Notes: generated by a model not told the origin, from the sequence alone. A stretch of 64,000 bases of DNA from a virus (IMGVR_UViG_3300022217_000169:6746-70745); one strand, 5' to 3'. Positions 40,878 to 52,400 are shown, counted from the stretch's first letter. Translations and numbers: made by a program.

Positions 40878-43800
40878 ATGAATAATCTTATAATATTAAT
40901 TTTAGAAAACGGTCTAAAAATAGCAATTCCGAAAAATCAATTAAAGGAAATACAAGAAACTGATAATGAAGAAATTTGTATAGCTAATGGACATCGAATA
41001 AGAGGAAATTTTGAAGAATTATTGTTTACTATAAACTCTATTTTTGTAATAAAGAATTCAAAGAAGTGAAGAAAAATGAGTATAGAAAAAGAAAAAGTTT
41101 GTAGTTCATGTTGTCATTTATCTGAGGACAAAAGACCTTATCCAACTGCACCTCATGTTTTTATTTGTGATATAATAAATAAAGTTTTATCTTCATCACG
41201 AATATTGACTTTTAATTTAGAGTGGATAGGTAAATTTGAATGTAATTTTTATAAAGAAAAGAGTAAAGATAAAAAATGATGATTTTCTTATAGAAAAAAT
41301 AGTTATCTTAGATATAATATGCAAATTCCAAAACAGGCGATTTGAGGGCATTAAATTTAAATGATAATCTAATCATATACTTGAAATTCCACTATAGCGT
41401 TAGCTGGCGGCTGAGGTATTAAAATTGCATAGAATTTTATTATATTTTAATAAAATATATATGTTTTATATTGGGGAAAACAAAATTAAGGAATATATGT
41501 TGTGAAAAAGAATAAAGATGGTAAAGTTATAAGCTTAAATAAAAATACTACAAAAAGAATAAAAAAAGAAGAAATAAAAGAAGAAGAAAAATCTTTAAAA
41601 AGAGTATCTATTAGATTTACAAAAACCAATGTTTACTTTGTTCAAATTGACGCAAAAAGTGATTTTGAAGCAGTTGAGATTGGTTGGACTATATTAAATA
41701 GTAAATCTAAAGAATATAATTCAGAAAGATTTTTAATAGGTCATGGATTTTCTAATGAAATATTAAAATCAGAAGATTTAAAAGATGATATGAAAAATAG
41801 TAACAAAAAAAGCATTTTAGAGACAGTAAAACCGGAATGATAAATTGGAATAAGTTTTGTAAAATACGTGAATATAAGACTGAGTATGGTTCAACAATCT
41901 TTGTAGTTAAACATGAAAGATGTGATTATACCTTTCATGTTTTAGCTAAAATAAATTTTGATAAAAAAATAATTTAAGTTGTCCAAGTTGTGAAAATGAA
42001 ATTAAAAGTCGGTGATTGGGTTAGGTGGATTTCAGAAACCCGCGGAGTAAAATTAAAAAGAAAAGGTAAAGTAGTTTATATAGTTGATCCATTTACAAGA
42101 TTATGTGAGGTAATTAATGATAATGAATTTAAAAATTATGTAAGGAGAAATTTCAATATTATTTATAATAAAATAGATGAATATAGAACGCATGTTAGTT
42201 ATCTTGTTTTAACAAGAGATGATGGTAGAATTCAAAGTCTTTATTGGCCTAACGTTGATCTTATAAAAAAAATAAGAAAAAGAAAATCTAAAAGCAAAAT
42301 AAAAAATAAAAAAAGAGGTGATTAAATGAATAATGAAGAGAAAATATTTGATTTAAATAATGAAGAAGATGAAAAAAAAATAATACATAATGTTGAAGAA
42401 TCTATAAAAGCACAAGTTGAAAAATTAGTTATAAAAGAACATAATATACATATAGAAAAAATAGCATTTTCTTTGTTTATCATGTTTTATTATAATCAAG
42501 ATTTTACATCAATCTCTAATAAAAAATTAGTTAATATTAGAATAGCATCATTGAAAGAAATATGGAATATAGGTAAAAAAGAAAAAAGAGTACAAACTTG
42601 GTTTAATTTAGCAGAATTAATAATGCAATTAGATTTACATAAGTAAGGAGATTTTAAATGGAAATAATTAGGTATAAAATAAAAAGTACCGATGAATTAA
42701 TAAATAAATTAAGGCGTGTCACGATGTTAAAAGATCAATCTGTAAAACCATATCTTAATGCTCATATTTCTGTTATAGATATTGATCCAGAATGTTTATC
42801 TCCATGTCAATTTTATATATTAAAAGATGAATTAGACTCTAAAATTGAACTACAAGAAGCATTTAAAGATATAAATCAAGATATTTTTAATATATCTGGT
42901 TATATTGAATTTCAAATTTCTACAGAAAATAGTTATAGAACTTTATTACCGCCAGTTATTGAAGAATCAATAGAAAATGATTGTAGAATTTATCATTTAA
43001 TAAATGATGGAATGCATAGAATCTTCTTGTCAAAATTACAAAAAAGAAGATCAAAAATAATTTTAATAAGAGGTGCAAATGTAAAATATTATGCATATCC
43101 TTTACCTAATGGATGGCACGATGTAAAGATAGTTAATAAAATAGATAAAGGATTAATAAAAAAGATACATAGAATACGAGATAATAAAAGACTATATCGT
43201 AATTTTGATTCTGTATTTATGAATTGTTCAAGGCCAAGAGGAATAATTTCAAATGGAAATTAAAAATCATTGGATATGCCCTAATTGCTTTTCAGTTGAA
43301 TATGATAGTACAGAGCTAATTAAATATACAAAAGATTATGGTCAAGAACCTTTTGAAATAAATATTTGTAAAGGATGTTCTGTAATATTTAAAGATCATA
43401 ATTTATATAATTTAATTACTAATATAGAAAAAGAAATTGAAGCAGGTATTAAAGGAATATTTAAAAATAGTTGTAGAAATACAAAAATAAAACATTCATT
43501 TATACATGGAGGTATTAATAGTATTGAAAAATAAATTAATGAACAATGAGTTTTATGCTCATTGGCAATGTCCAGAATGTGAAGCGGTTAATGTGAACAT
43601 AACTGATAATTTTTTATTAAAAACAAAAATATTTAAATGTAAAAAGTGTAATAAAAATTATCAGTTAGAGAAAAAAACTACTCAAGTATTGTGCAAACCA
43701 ATAGCCCTATCTTATAATAATATAATTTAATATTATTTGAAAAAAAATTTTTTTTGTTTTATATTTAAAACTGTCAATATGGCTTTTAAAGTTTACGATA

Positions 43801-44322
43801 GAAAAAATAAGACATTTTACATAAGAAAACCCAAGTTAATACATATTGGATGTATTAAAAATAATAAAAAAAATGTAAAATTAACTGAAGATGACAAAAT
43901 TAGAATTTGTAATTTTGTTGACAAAGTAGAACTATTTGGTATAGAATTTGGTGCAAGAGAAATTATTTCTACTTCAACAAATGATATATTTAAAATAAGA
44001 GAAGAATGTAGAGACGATAAAAACTTTACAAATAAAGCTAAAATAAAAAAAATGAGAACAAAAAAGAAATCAACTAATATTAATAGAATTAAAAAACAAC
44101 TAGGCTTAAATGGATAAATTAAAAAAAAATTCAATAAGAATTAAAAACATTATCTTCTTTATCAAAAATTTAAAAAATAAAAAAGAAGTTTTATGTATTT
44201 CTTGTGGTAAGCCTAAGTACGCACATTTTAATAGAAATATGGAAAATGATTATTGTTTTCCGTATGGAAGAGACTTGAGTAAGTTCAATAATGACACCAC
44301 AACAAAGCGCAGCACTGGCTAA
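40878..44322 (+). other. run of small hypothetical genes, several Zn-ribbon type
   Basis: Packed ORFs with CxxC motifs at 41076, 43253, 43506 and 44110. Confidence 0.65.
42658..43263 (+). CDS. ParB/Srx-like N-terminal domain protein
   Basis: LLPPVIEE...LINDGMHRI. Confidence 0.6.
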   Translation: MEIIRYKIKSTDELINKLRRVTMLKDQSVKPYLNAHISVIDIDPECLSPCQFYILKDELDSKIELQEAFKDINQDIFNISGYIEFQISTENSYRTLLPPVIEESIENDCRIYHLINDGMHRIFLSKLQKRRSKIILIRGANVKYYAYPLPNGWHDVKIVNKIDKGLIKKIHRIRDNKRLYRNFDSVFMNCSRPRGIISNGN

Positions 44323-46771
44323 ACATTATTTATTTGCTTTCCCAAAATTTGTATCAAGCCTAAAATGCCCAAGACATATTAAGTTTACAGCAGACAAAAT
44401 ACAAGAAAAACTTAATAGCCCTAATAAAAAAAAATTTAAACTCTTAATGGTATCTTTTCCTCCGCGGCACGGAAAACCAGTAGATGAAGAATCTTTAGTA
44501 TTAATGGGTGATGGTTCTTTAAAAAAACTTAAATATATAAAAGTTAACGATACAGTAATAACTCATAAAGGTAGACCAAGAAAAATATCTAACGTATATA
44601 TTCAAGGTGAGTTAGAATGTGTTAATATTGAAACTTCTTCAGGAAGAATTGCTTCTGCTGCATTAGATCATCCATATTTAACCTCTGAAGGATGGGTTAA
44701 TGCTGGTGATATAAAAGAAGGAATGTATTTAGTAAGTCTTGGAAAGTTACAGAAAAGAAATTATTTAAATGAAACTGATAAAGAATTATGTGAAGCTAGA
44801 TTAGCTGGATATTTTGTTGGTGATGGGTGTTGCGTTTCTGCTGGAACAACAATTTTTTCAAGTATTTCATGTAATGACAAAATTGAAGCGGAAGATATAA
44901 GATATTGTATTAATAAATTAGGTTTTAAAGAAGGAAATTCAGTAGGCATAGAAATAAGAATTAAAAATGGATCAAGAAAATGGTTAAGAAAAATAGATTT
45001 AAGCGGTCAAACTTCTCATACAAAAAGAGTTCCAAAATTTATTTTTAAAGGAAGTGATTTATTAATATCAAATTTTATTGGTGCTTATTTTTCATGTGAT
45101 GGTAGTATAAATAAGAGAGGTGGTAAAAGAAAAGATGCTTGTGTTGAATTTTATAGTGTTAATAAATTCTTATTAAAAGATATACAACATCTTTTAATAA
45201 GAATTGGGATACAATCTACCCTTAAATTAAAAAATGGAAAGTATAACAATAAAAAACATATTTCGTGGAGACTTTCGATAACATCACAAGATGATATTAA
45301 AAAATTTACACAAAAAATACCAATATATAGTGAAAAAAATAAAATATTATATGAATGGAATTATTATAGACAAACTTTTGATCAAAAATTTATCACAGAT
45401 AAAGTTGTTAAAATAACTAAAAATATAAAAAGGAAATGTAGATGTCTTAATGTTAAACGCGATCATACTTTTATTGCTGATGATTTTATAGTTCACAATA
45501 CATTATTAATATCAAAACATGCAGTACCTTGGTATATAGGTAATAATCCTGATAAAAGAGTAATATTAACTTCATATTCTTCGGATCTATCAGATCAAAA
45601 TAGTGATTATGCAAAAGAAATCTTTGCTAAATGGGGCCCTATTTTATGGAATACGTATCCTAGTAAAACTTTATATAATAGAGATGCTTGGAATACAAAT
45701 AAAGGTGGCGGATGTGTATCTGCTGGTATTGGCGGTGGTATAACTGGTTTTGGAGCTGATTTATTTATTATAGATGATTATTTTAAAAATGAAGAAGAGG
45801 CAGAATCTATGGCTTCAAGAGAAAAATTATGGGAGAAATGGAGGGCGGTTGTATCATCAAGATTACATCCTGGTTGTTTGGTAGTTATTTTAGCTACAAG
45901 ATGGAATGATGATGATCTAATAGGAAGACTTATTTCAAAAGCGAAAATAGAAAAAGATAAATTCCCATTTGATTATGAGTATATAAATTTGCCAGCAATA
46001 GCAGAAGAGAATGATCCTTTAGGAAGAGAAGTAGGTGAAGCTTTATGGAGAAATAGATATGACGAAGAACAACTCGCAGATGTTAAATCAATAGTTGGAT
46101 CTTATTGGTGGAATGCATTGTATCAAGGAAGGCCAACAAAAAGAGGTGGAAATTTATTTAAATCACAAAATTTTAGATACTATACTAGAGATACTACAAC
46201 CTGGGATTATTTATGTTGGAGATCCGATGAAGAAGAGCCATTAAGAATTCGCAAATCAGATATGAAAATAACTACAATTGTCGATCCTGCCTTAGAGATA
46301 AAAAAGAAAAGTGATCCATGCGGTATGCATTCATGGGCTTATTCAAGAAAATATAAAATATGGTTGCTTTTAGACAGATTTAATGATAGAATAGAACACC
46401 AAAGAACTAATCAATTTATTAAAACATTTGCTTTTAAAAATAATTCTCACTACATCTTAGTAGAAAATGAAAAATTAGGCAAAGTTATTGTAAAACAGTC
46501 CGAAGGTAAAGACAAAATAGGTAATAGAAAAATACCATTTAAAGAAGTACCAAATAAAGGACTTGATAAATATACTAGAGCTACTCCAATGGCATCATAT
46601 TGTGAAAACGAAAGAGTATTCTTTCCAAAAGATGCCCAATGGTTATTTGAATTTGAAGAAAATTTAAAGAAGTTTCCAAGTGGTGGTCATGATGAAGATG
46701 CAGATCTAACAGCATATGCCGCTAGTATGGAAGATACGATATCAGTAGCAGAAGTATTAGCTAATTATTAA
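44291..46771 (+). CDS. terL: terminase large subunit containing an intein
   Basis: PPRHGK|T Walker A, IIDDYFKN Walker B, TRWNDDDLIG, RNase H-like C-terminus VDPA...HDEDAD. Confidence 0.95.
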   Translation: MTPQQSAALAKHYLFAFPKFVSSLKCPRHIKFTADKIQEKLNSPNKKKFKLLMVSFPPRHGKPVDEESLVLMGDGSLKKLKYIKVNDTVITHKGRPRKISNVYIQGELECVNIETSSGRIASAALDHPYLTSEGWVNAGDIKEGMYLVSLGKLQKRNYLNETDKELCEARLAGYFVGDGCCVSAGTTIFSSISCNDKIEAEDIRYCINKLGFKEGNSVGIEIRIKNGSRKWLRKIDLSGQTSHTKRVPKFIFKGSDLLISNFIGAYFSCDGSINKRGGKRKDACVEFYSVNKFLLKDIQHLLIRIGIQSTLKLKNGKYNNKKHISWRLSITSQDDIKKFTQKIPIYSEKNKILYEWNYYRQTFDQKFITDKVVKITKNIKRKCRCLNVKRDHTFIADDFIVHNTLLISKHAVPWYIGNNPDKRVILTSYSSDLSDQNSDYAKEIFAKWGPILWNTYPSKTLYNRDAWNTNKGGGCVSAGIGGGITGFGADLFIIDDYFKNEEEAESMASREKLWEKWRAVVSSRLHPGCLVVILATRWNDDDLIGRLISKAKIEKDKFPFDYEYINLPAIAEENDPLGREVGEALWRNRYDEEQLADVKSIVGSYWWNALYQGRPTKRGGNLFKSQNFRYYTRDTTTWDYLCWRSDEEEPLRIRKSDMKITTIVDPALEIKKKSDPCGMHSWAYSRKYKIWLLLDRFNDRIEHQRTNQFIKTFAFKNNSHYILVENEKLGKVIVKQSEGKDKIGNRKIPFKEVPNKGLDKYTRATPMASYCENERVFFPKDAQWLFEFEENLKKFPSGGHDEDADLTAYAASMEDTISVAEVLANY
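44477..45499 (+). mobile_element. 341-aa intein with LAGLIDADG homing endonuclease
   Basis: Block A PVDEESLVLMGDG, block B DHPY, LAGYFVGDG and IGAYFSCDG, block F/G CRCLNVKRDHTFIADDFIVHN then T; removal restores PPRHGKT. Confidence 0.92.
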
Positions 46772-46781
46772 GGAGGATATA

Positions 46782-48254
46782 ATGGGTCATAATATGCAAC
46801 AACAAAGAAAGTTTCAAAAAAGAAAATCAAATAGATATTCGTATAATTATGATAATTATAGTTTTGGTAGGGTATCAAGGAGAAATAAAATAGCATTTGA
46901 TTCTTTCAAAAATGCTGCAAGCGGTTTTGGTGGCACATATGATCCTATTAATAGATTATCTTATAATATTTCGTCTACTTTGTCAAAAGGCGACATTGAA
47001 CTTTTATTTAGATACGATTGGATATCAAGAAAAATAATAGAGACAATTCCAGATGATGCTACTAGAAAATGGATAGATATTCATATGCCAGAAGAATCAA
47101 TAGTAACTGATATTCAAGATAAAATAAAAAAACTAGGTGTCGTTACTAAAATAAAAGAAGCAATGGTAAATGCGCGTCTTTATGGTGGTTCTGTAATTAT
47201 TCCTGGAGCTTTTGATGGTAATCCACAAACCGAGCCTCTTGATATTAATAATATAGATGATATATTTCATTTAAATGTATTGGATAAACATGATTTAAAT
47301 GTTACTCAATATTATAAAGATCCATTCAAGCCTAAATATGGCGAACCTGAATTATATAAATTAAATACAAGATATAAGCCTGATAATTATAATTCAGATG
47401 ATTATATTATTCATGAAACTAGACTTTTAAGGTTTGATGGAGCTTATTTGCCTGGATTTACAAGACATATAAATAACGGATGGAATGATTCTATATTAGC
47501 TGGCATAAATAAAACATTAAAACAATATGGAACAAGTATTCAGTCGGGAGCAATATTATTTCAAGATTTTATAAGCAAAGTATTAAAATTGCCTAATTTA
47601 TCAGAACTATTGATGACAGAAGATGGTAGAAATGCTCTTAGATTAAGAATGCAATATGCAATATCTACATTTTCATCTATTGGAATGGTTTTAATAGGTG
47701 AAGGAGAAGAATATAATAAAGTACAAACTCCAATTACCGGATTGCCTGAGTTAATAGATAAGTACATACAGGTTGTTTCCGCTTCATCTAATATACCAAG
47801 AGCAAGATTATTCGGGCAATCTTTAGGTACTTTAGCTGGTGCAACTGAAACAACTAGAGCTTATTATGATTATGTTACAGCATATCAAAGAGATAATTTA
47901 CAAGAACAAATAAATAGATTAATAACTATATTATTATCAAGAAAAACTAGTATTACAAGAGGAGAAATTCCTAAAGAATGGGGATTTAAATTTAATTCTC
48001 TTTGGGATGCAACAGATAAAGAACTTACTACTGCAAGAAAAATGCAAGCACAAGTTGACGATTTATATATTAAAAATAAAACTTTGACACCGGAAGAAGT
48101 TGCAAGTTCAAGATTTAGACCTGATGGTTATAGTTTTGATACTATAATAAACATTAATGATAGAAAAGGAGAGTTTTTCCAAGAGCAAAATATTGGCTTT
48201 GGTAATATAAACAATAAAGAAACTGATGATGAAAAGAAAAGTGACAAAAAATAA
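46782..48254 (+). CDS. portal protein (DUF1073-like)
   Basis: Follows TerL; ARLYGGS, RLLRFDG, SNIPRARLFG, FKFNSLW motifs. Confidence 0.9.
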   Translation: MGHNMQQQRKFQKRKSNRYSYNYDNYSFGRVSRRNKIAFDSFKNAASGFGGTYDPINRLSYNISSTLSKGDIELLFRYDWISRKIIETIPDDATRKWIDIHMPEESIVTDIQDKIKKLGVVTKIKEAMVNARLYGGSVIIPGAFDGNPQTEPLDINNIDDIFHLNVLDKHDLNVTQYYKDPFKPKYGEPELYKLNTRYKPDNYNSDDYIIHETRLLRFDGAYLPGFTRHINNGWNDSILAGINKTLKQYGTSIQSGAILFQDFISKVLKLPNLSELLMTEDGRNALRLRMQYAISTFSSIGMVLIGEGEEYNKVQTPITGLPELIDKYIQVVSASSNIPRARLFGQSLGTLAGATETTRAYYDYVTAYQRDNLQEQINRLITILLSRKTSITRGEIPKEWGFKFNSLWDATDKELTTARKMQAQVDDLYIKNKTLTPEEVASSRFRPDGYSFDTIININDRKGEFFQEQNIGFGNINNKETDDEKKSDKK

Positions 48255-48274
48255 TTTTATTAAAAATATTTTTT

Positions 48275-48303
48275 TTGATTTTTTTTTATTGTTATGTTAA
48301 AAT
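48275..48303 (+). promoter_or_regulatory. sigma70-type promoter upstream of head genes
   Basis: TTGATT-17-TG-n-TAAAAT. Confidence 0.55.
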
Positions 48304-48330
48304 ACTATCGAATTTAAAAGGAGTTTTAAA

Positions 48331-49650
48331 ATGCCAATTCCGCAACCAACAAAAAATGAAGAAAGGGATGTTTATATCAGTAGGTGTGCTGGTTCAAAAG
48401 TAATGAATGAAGACTATCCAGATGATGAAATGAGACTTGGAGTTTGTTACTCTACTTGGAGGAATAGTAAGAAAGATTCTGTAGATAAAGACGATGATAG
48501 AAATTTCGTTTTTAATATTGATTATTCTTCAAATTTTAGAGTAGATCCTGAAACTGGATTTTTACATGCAAGAGCCAGATTAACAAGAACTGGTGTATTT
48601 GATTATTACGATTCTGATGGAAGCTTAATAAGAGAATTACGTTCAGAAAATGAAGTTTTTGATGAAAAATCATTAGAAACATTAAAAATGAAACCTATTA
48701 CATTTAGACATCCAAAAGGTTTTGTAGATACAACCAATATAAAAGATCTTGCCGTGGGAACAGTTGGTGAAAAAATTGATAAAATCGGCCCGTTTGTAGA
48801 AGGCAACATATTAATTACAGACAGGGAAACAATAAAAGATGTAATTAGTAATAAGCTAAAAGGATTACCCTCAGAATTAAGCTGTGGGTATAAATGTAAA
48901 CTGGTTCCCGATATCGGTATTCATGATAAAGATGGATATTATACTTATAGGCAAGAAAAAATAAGATATAATCATGTTGGGATAGTAGAAGAAGGAAGGG
49001 CCGGAAGGCATGTAAGAATAATGGACCAACAAGGTAAACATTTTAATAATAATTCAAAGGAGTCCGAAATGGCAAATAAAATTCAATTTACAAGAACGCC
49101 TATTAATATAGGTACATTTAAAATTGATAGTATGGCTGTTGTTGTTGATGAAGATAGTTTAAAGACTATTAATGTCTTAAATGGAAAAATTGATGAAGCA
49201 GCTACAATTATCAAAAATATTAATGATGAAAATGAAACTTTAAAAGGTAAATTTGATCAAGCACAAGAGACGATAACCAATTTAAAAAAGGAAGTGGAAA
49301 AACGTTCAGATATTAATTCACCTGAAATTGCTGAAATGGTAAAAAAGAGAATGGACGTTGAAAAAGTAGCAACAAGTCTTGGTGTTGAAGTTGAAGGGAA
49401 AGACATTAAAACTGTTAAATGCGACTGTATTAAGAAAGTTTCGGAGAATGCAACTCTTGATGAAAAACCAGACCCTTATATTGATGCTCGTTTTGATGCT
49501 ATTATAGAAATAATTATTGAGAAAAAGAAAAACGATGGTAATAATAAATTTTCAAATTTTATGGATGCCGCGACAAAAAACAGGCATCAAAAAAAGACAG
49601 ATGCTCGCAAGTCTTTTATTGATAAAGATAAAGAACAAAATCGTAAATAA
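48331..49650 (+). CDS. head maturation protease/scaffold (DUF2213-like)
   Basis: RTGVFDY, KPITFRHP, ELSCGY, NHVGIVEEGRAG; coiled-coil C-terminus ending ...ARFD... Confidence 0.9.
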   Translation: MPIPQPTKNEERDVYISRCAGSKVMNEDYPDDEMRLGVCYSTWRNSKKDSVDKDDDRNFVFNIDYSSNFRVDPETGFLHARARLTRTGVFDYYDSDGSLIRELRSENEVFDEKSLETLKMKPITFRHPKGFVDTTNIKDLAVGTVGEKIDKIGPFVEGNILITDRETIKDVISNKLKGLPSELSCGYKCKLVPDIGIHDKDGYYTYRQEKIRYNHVGIVEEGRAGRHVRIMDQQGKHFNNNSKESEMANKIQFTRTPINIGTFKIDSMAVVVDEDSLKTINVLNGKIDEAATIIKNINDENETLKGKFDQAQETITNLKKEVEKRSDINSPEIAEMVKKRMDVEKVATSLGVEVEGKDIKTVKCDCIKKVSENATLDEKPDPYIDARFDAIIEIIIEKKKNDGNNKFSNFMDAATKNRHQKKTDARKSFIDKDKEQNRK

Positions 49651-49685
49651 TATATGTTAAAATTTTATTTATAAAGGAGAAAAAC

Positions 49686-50459
49686 ATGCAAAATGTGGTA
49701 AATGATGCTTTACAAGTTGGGTTACCAGGTCAATTGTTTGACATAGGTGGCAATGATATAATCGGAAGAAATAATTATTCCAAACAACTTGAAAAAGTTG
49801 ATATTACAGCAGACGATACAACGACCACTGTTACAATTAATGGTACTGGATTTACTTTTACCGAAACTGGCGCAGCAGAAGATAAAGAATACATTGCAAA
49901 TTATCTTACGGGTGAAATTAATGCTGGTTCTGAACCAGTAACGGCATATCATGAAACTGGATGGGATTATCTTTTGGTTGAATCAAACACTCCTGGGACA
50001 TCAATGACAGTAGTAGGAACAGCAAATTGTACTGTTACACAGCAGATTGCTAATGCAGCCGCTATTAATTTTGGTCTTATTGTTACACAAGATCAACTGG
50101 ATCAAGAAAAAGCAAGGAATCCTATTGTTGCAACTGATATTACAGATATTAAGAAAATTCTTGGCATTACAGTTCATACTCAAGCGATTGAACAGTTCTA
50201 TCAAAGTCCTGGTGGTGCTGGATATGCTCTTAATAAAGAGATGAGTATTTGTAAGAAAAGCCGTGTATGGGTTGTTGTTGAAACTGCTGTAACAGTAATT
50301 ACGCAGCCATATGCTCGATTTACTGTGGCTGGTTCTACAGTATTAGGTGCAATTAGAGGAGATGATGATAGTGGTAAAGCCGCTGCAATTCCAACTGCAA
50401 AATTTTATCGTGGTGCAGCAGCAAATGGTTATGCTGTATTAGACATTAACTTACCATAA
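49686..50459 (+). CDS. capsid decoration/cement protein with inserted domain
   Basis: Between protease and MCP; PGQLFD..., FGLIV, RVWVVVE; ~80-aa Thr-rich insert. Confidence 0.75.
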   Translation: MQNVVNDALQVGLPGQLFDIGGNDIIGRNNYSKQLEKVDITADDTTTTVTINGTGFTFTETGAAEDKEYIANYLTGEINAGSEPVTAYHETGWDYLLVESNTPGTSMTVVGTANCTVTQQIANAAAINFGLIVTQDQLDQEKARNPIVATDITDIKKILGITVHTQAIEQFYQSPGGAGYALNKEMSICKKSRVWVVVETAVTVITQPYARFTVAGSTVLGAIRGDDDSGKAAAIPTAKFYRGAAANGYAVLDINLP

Positions 50460-50495
50460 TGATATAATTCGTTATGGATAAAGGAGGAATATATT

Positions 50496-51431
50496 ATGAT
50501 TAAATTAGATGGTGTTCAACACTGTTTTGACGATAATGAAACCTTGTTCTTGGCAAGAGAGTTAGAGTCAATTGAGGAAACTTTATATCAATGGGAAGAG
50601 AAAGAGCTTAAATATAGAGCTTTAATTCCGGTTAGTAATGAGGATTCCCCTGGTGCGGATACAATAACATATCGTATGATTACGATGATAGGAATGGCTA
50701 AGATTATAGCTAACTATTCTGATGATTTACCTCGTTCAGATGCGATTACCAGGGAGTATAGCCAAAATGTAAAAACAGTTGGAACTTCTTTTGGATATAA
50801 TACACAGGAAATAAGGGCTGCTGCATTAGCAAATAAACCACTTGACAGGATTAAAGCTGATTCTGCACGTAGAGCAGTTCGTGAGAAAGAAAATCGTATT
50901 GTATGGACAGGTGATGATTCTCATGGAATTATTGGATTTTTAAACAATCCAAATATTCCGGTTATAGCTGCTCCTGCCGGTGTAGGCGGTACTACATGGG
51001 TTTTAAAAACTGCTGATGAAATTCTTGGTGATGTGGCTCTTATGGTATCTACAGGGAGAACACAAAGTAAAGGTATTCATTCCGGTGATACTCTTCTACT
51101 TCCAATTACTCAACATACAGATATTACTACAAGACCTCGTGCAACAAATTCTGATACTACTATTGCTCAGTTCATATTACAAAATGCTGCATATGGTATT
51201 AAGCAAATAGATTGGCTAGATGAGCTTCAGAATGCTTTTGTTGGTGGTACAAAGGATGGTGCAGTTTTATATGAAAAGAACCCAAGAGTAATAAGTAATA
51301 GGATTCCTCTTGAAATGGTTACGCATCCTGCACAAGAAAGGGGTCTTGAGTTTATAGTTCCAGTAGAAGCCAGAAATGGTGGAGTAATAATTCGTTATCC
51401 ATTAGCTTGTTTATTTATGACAGGTATTTAA
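50496..51431 (+). CDS. major capsid protein (DUF2184/encapsulin-like HK97 fold)
   Basis: ARELESIEETLY, GTSFGYNTQEI, WTGD...GFLNNPN, GGVIIRYP. Confidence 0.92.
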   Translation: MIKLDGVQHCFDDNETLFLARELESIEETLYQWEEKELKYRALIPVSNEDSPGADTITYRMITMIGMAKIIANYSDDLPRSDAITREYSQNVKTVGTSFGYNTQEIRAAALANKPLDRIKADSARRAVREKENRIVWTGDDSHGIIGFLNNPNIPVIAAPAGVGGTTWVLKTADEILGDVALMVSTGRTQSKGIHSGDTLLLPITQHTDITTRPRATNSDTTIAQFILQNAAYGIKQIDWLDELQNAFVGGTKDGAVLYEKNPRVISNRIPLEMVTHPAQERGLEFIVPVEARNGGVIIRYPLACLFMTGI

Positions 51432-51462
51432 TTAAGATAGGTGTTTAATTAATAATTAAAAT

Positions 51463-51507
51463 TTTATTGTTACGAGATTTTATTTTATTTAATCTCGTAA
51501 CAATAAA
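51463..51507 (+). terminator. 17-bp perfect stem after the capsid gene
   Basis: TTTATTGTTACGAGATT/AATCTCGTAACAATAAA; no U-run. Confidence 0.65.
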
Positions 51508-51524
51508 TAAGATGGGGAGAAAAA

Positions 51525-52025
51525 ATGATAATTTTTTATCAAAAACCAAACATATTAAGTTTACCATTTAAAGTAATAAGAAAGATTGAACTTCGTGATA
51601 AAGATAATAAGCCAATTCTTGATGATGAAGGTAAACCAAAATTAATAGATAAAGATTTCGCTGAATATTTTAAATTTGTTCCAGGTAAAAATTCAATAAG
51701 TAAGGAATTATGGTTAAAAATTGTTGAATATAATAAAGAAGATATGGATTATTATTCGACAGTTTTAACTATTTTTAAACCTAAAATTGATGAAGAGACT
51801 GAAGAAGAAATAGGAGAAGATGACGAAAATATAAATATTAAAGAATTAAACGCAAGAGAAATGAAAGATTTAGTTGAGAATACAATGACAATTGGTGATC
51901 TTGTTTATTATGAAAAAACTGAGAGGGAAAGAGATAAGCCGAGAAAGACTATACTAAATGCTTTAAGAAAACAAAAAGATGCTATCTCCGCTGCTGATGA
52001 AGCCTTCTCAGGAAAAGAGGAATAA
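51525..52025 (+). CDS. hypothetical head-region protein
   Basis: ORF after MCP; C-terminal RKTILNAL segment. Confidence 0.6.
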   Translation: MIIFYQKPNILSLPFKVIRKIELRDKDNKPILDDEGKPKLIDKDFAEYFKFVPGKNSISKELWLKIVEYNKEDMDYYSTVLTIFKPKIDEETEEEIGEDDENINIKELNAREMKDLVENTMTIGDLVYYEKTERERDKPRKTILNALRKQKDAISAADEAFSGKEE

Positions 52026-52028
52026 TAA

Positions 52029-52400
52029 ATGGCATTAACTACTAAAGACAATGTATTAAAAATAGCTCCTGAATTATCTACTGTTAGTAACGATCTATGG
52101 GATTTAATGCTTGGAGATGTTAATAATCATATTAGTTCATCTGTCTTTTGTAATAAAACCGAAGAGGCGGCTCGTTATTGGGTCGCCCATCGACTAACAG
52201 TTTTAACTGATAAAAAAGTTTCTAATGTAAGTGGTCCACTTACTAAAGATAGAGTCGATGATGTAATGAAAGAATATGTTAGACTTCAAAAAGTTAGTGT
52301 ATCAGATGCAGATTATAATAGGACTGGTTATGGGAGTACGTTTCTTACCATAAGAAAGTCATGTATTGTAGCATTTGATAGTGTTCCACCAGGGATGTAG
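52029..52400 (+). CDS. head-tail adaptor (DUF4054-like)
   Basis: APEL, YWVAHRL, TGYGSTFL. Confidence 0.8.
   Translation: MALTTKDNVLKIAPELSTVSNDLWDLMLGDVNNHISSSVFCNKTEEAARYWVAHRLTVLTDKKVSNVSGPLTKDRVDDVMKEYVRLQKVSVSDADYNRTGYGSTFLTIRKSCIVAFDSVPPGM

Noticed and set aside
43817-44134. 105-aa minus-strand ORF and similar antisense ORFs across the structural module
   Set aside because: Shadows of well-supported plus-strand genes, with Phe/Leu/Ser-rich antisense composition
46782-48254. Anti-CBASS Acb1 call for the DUF1073 protein
   Set aside because: Size, motifs and position between TerL and protease indicate the portal; that label is a family-naming artefact
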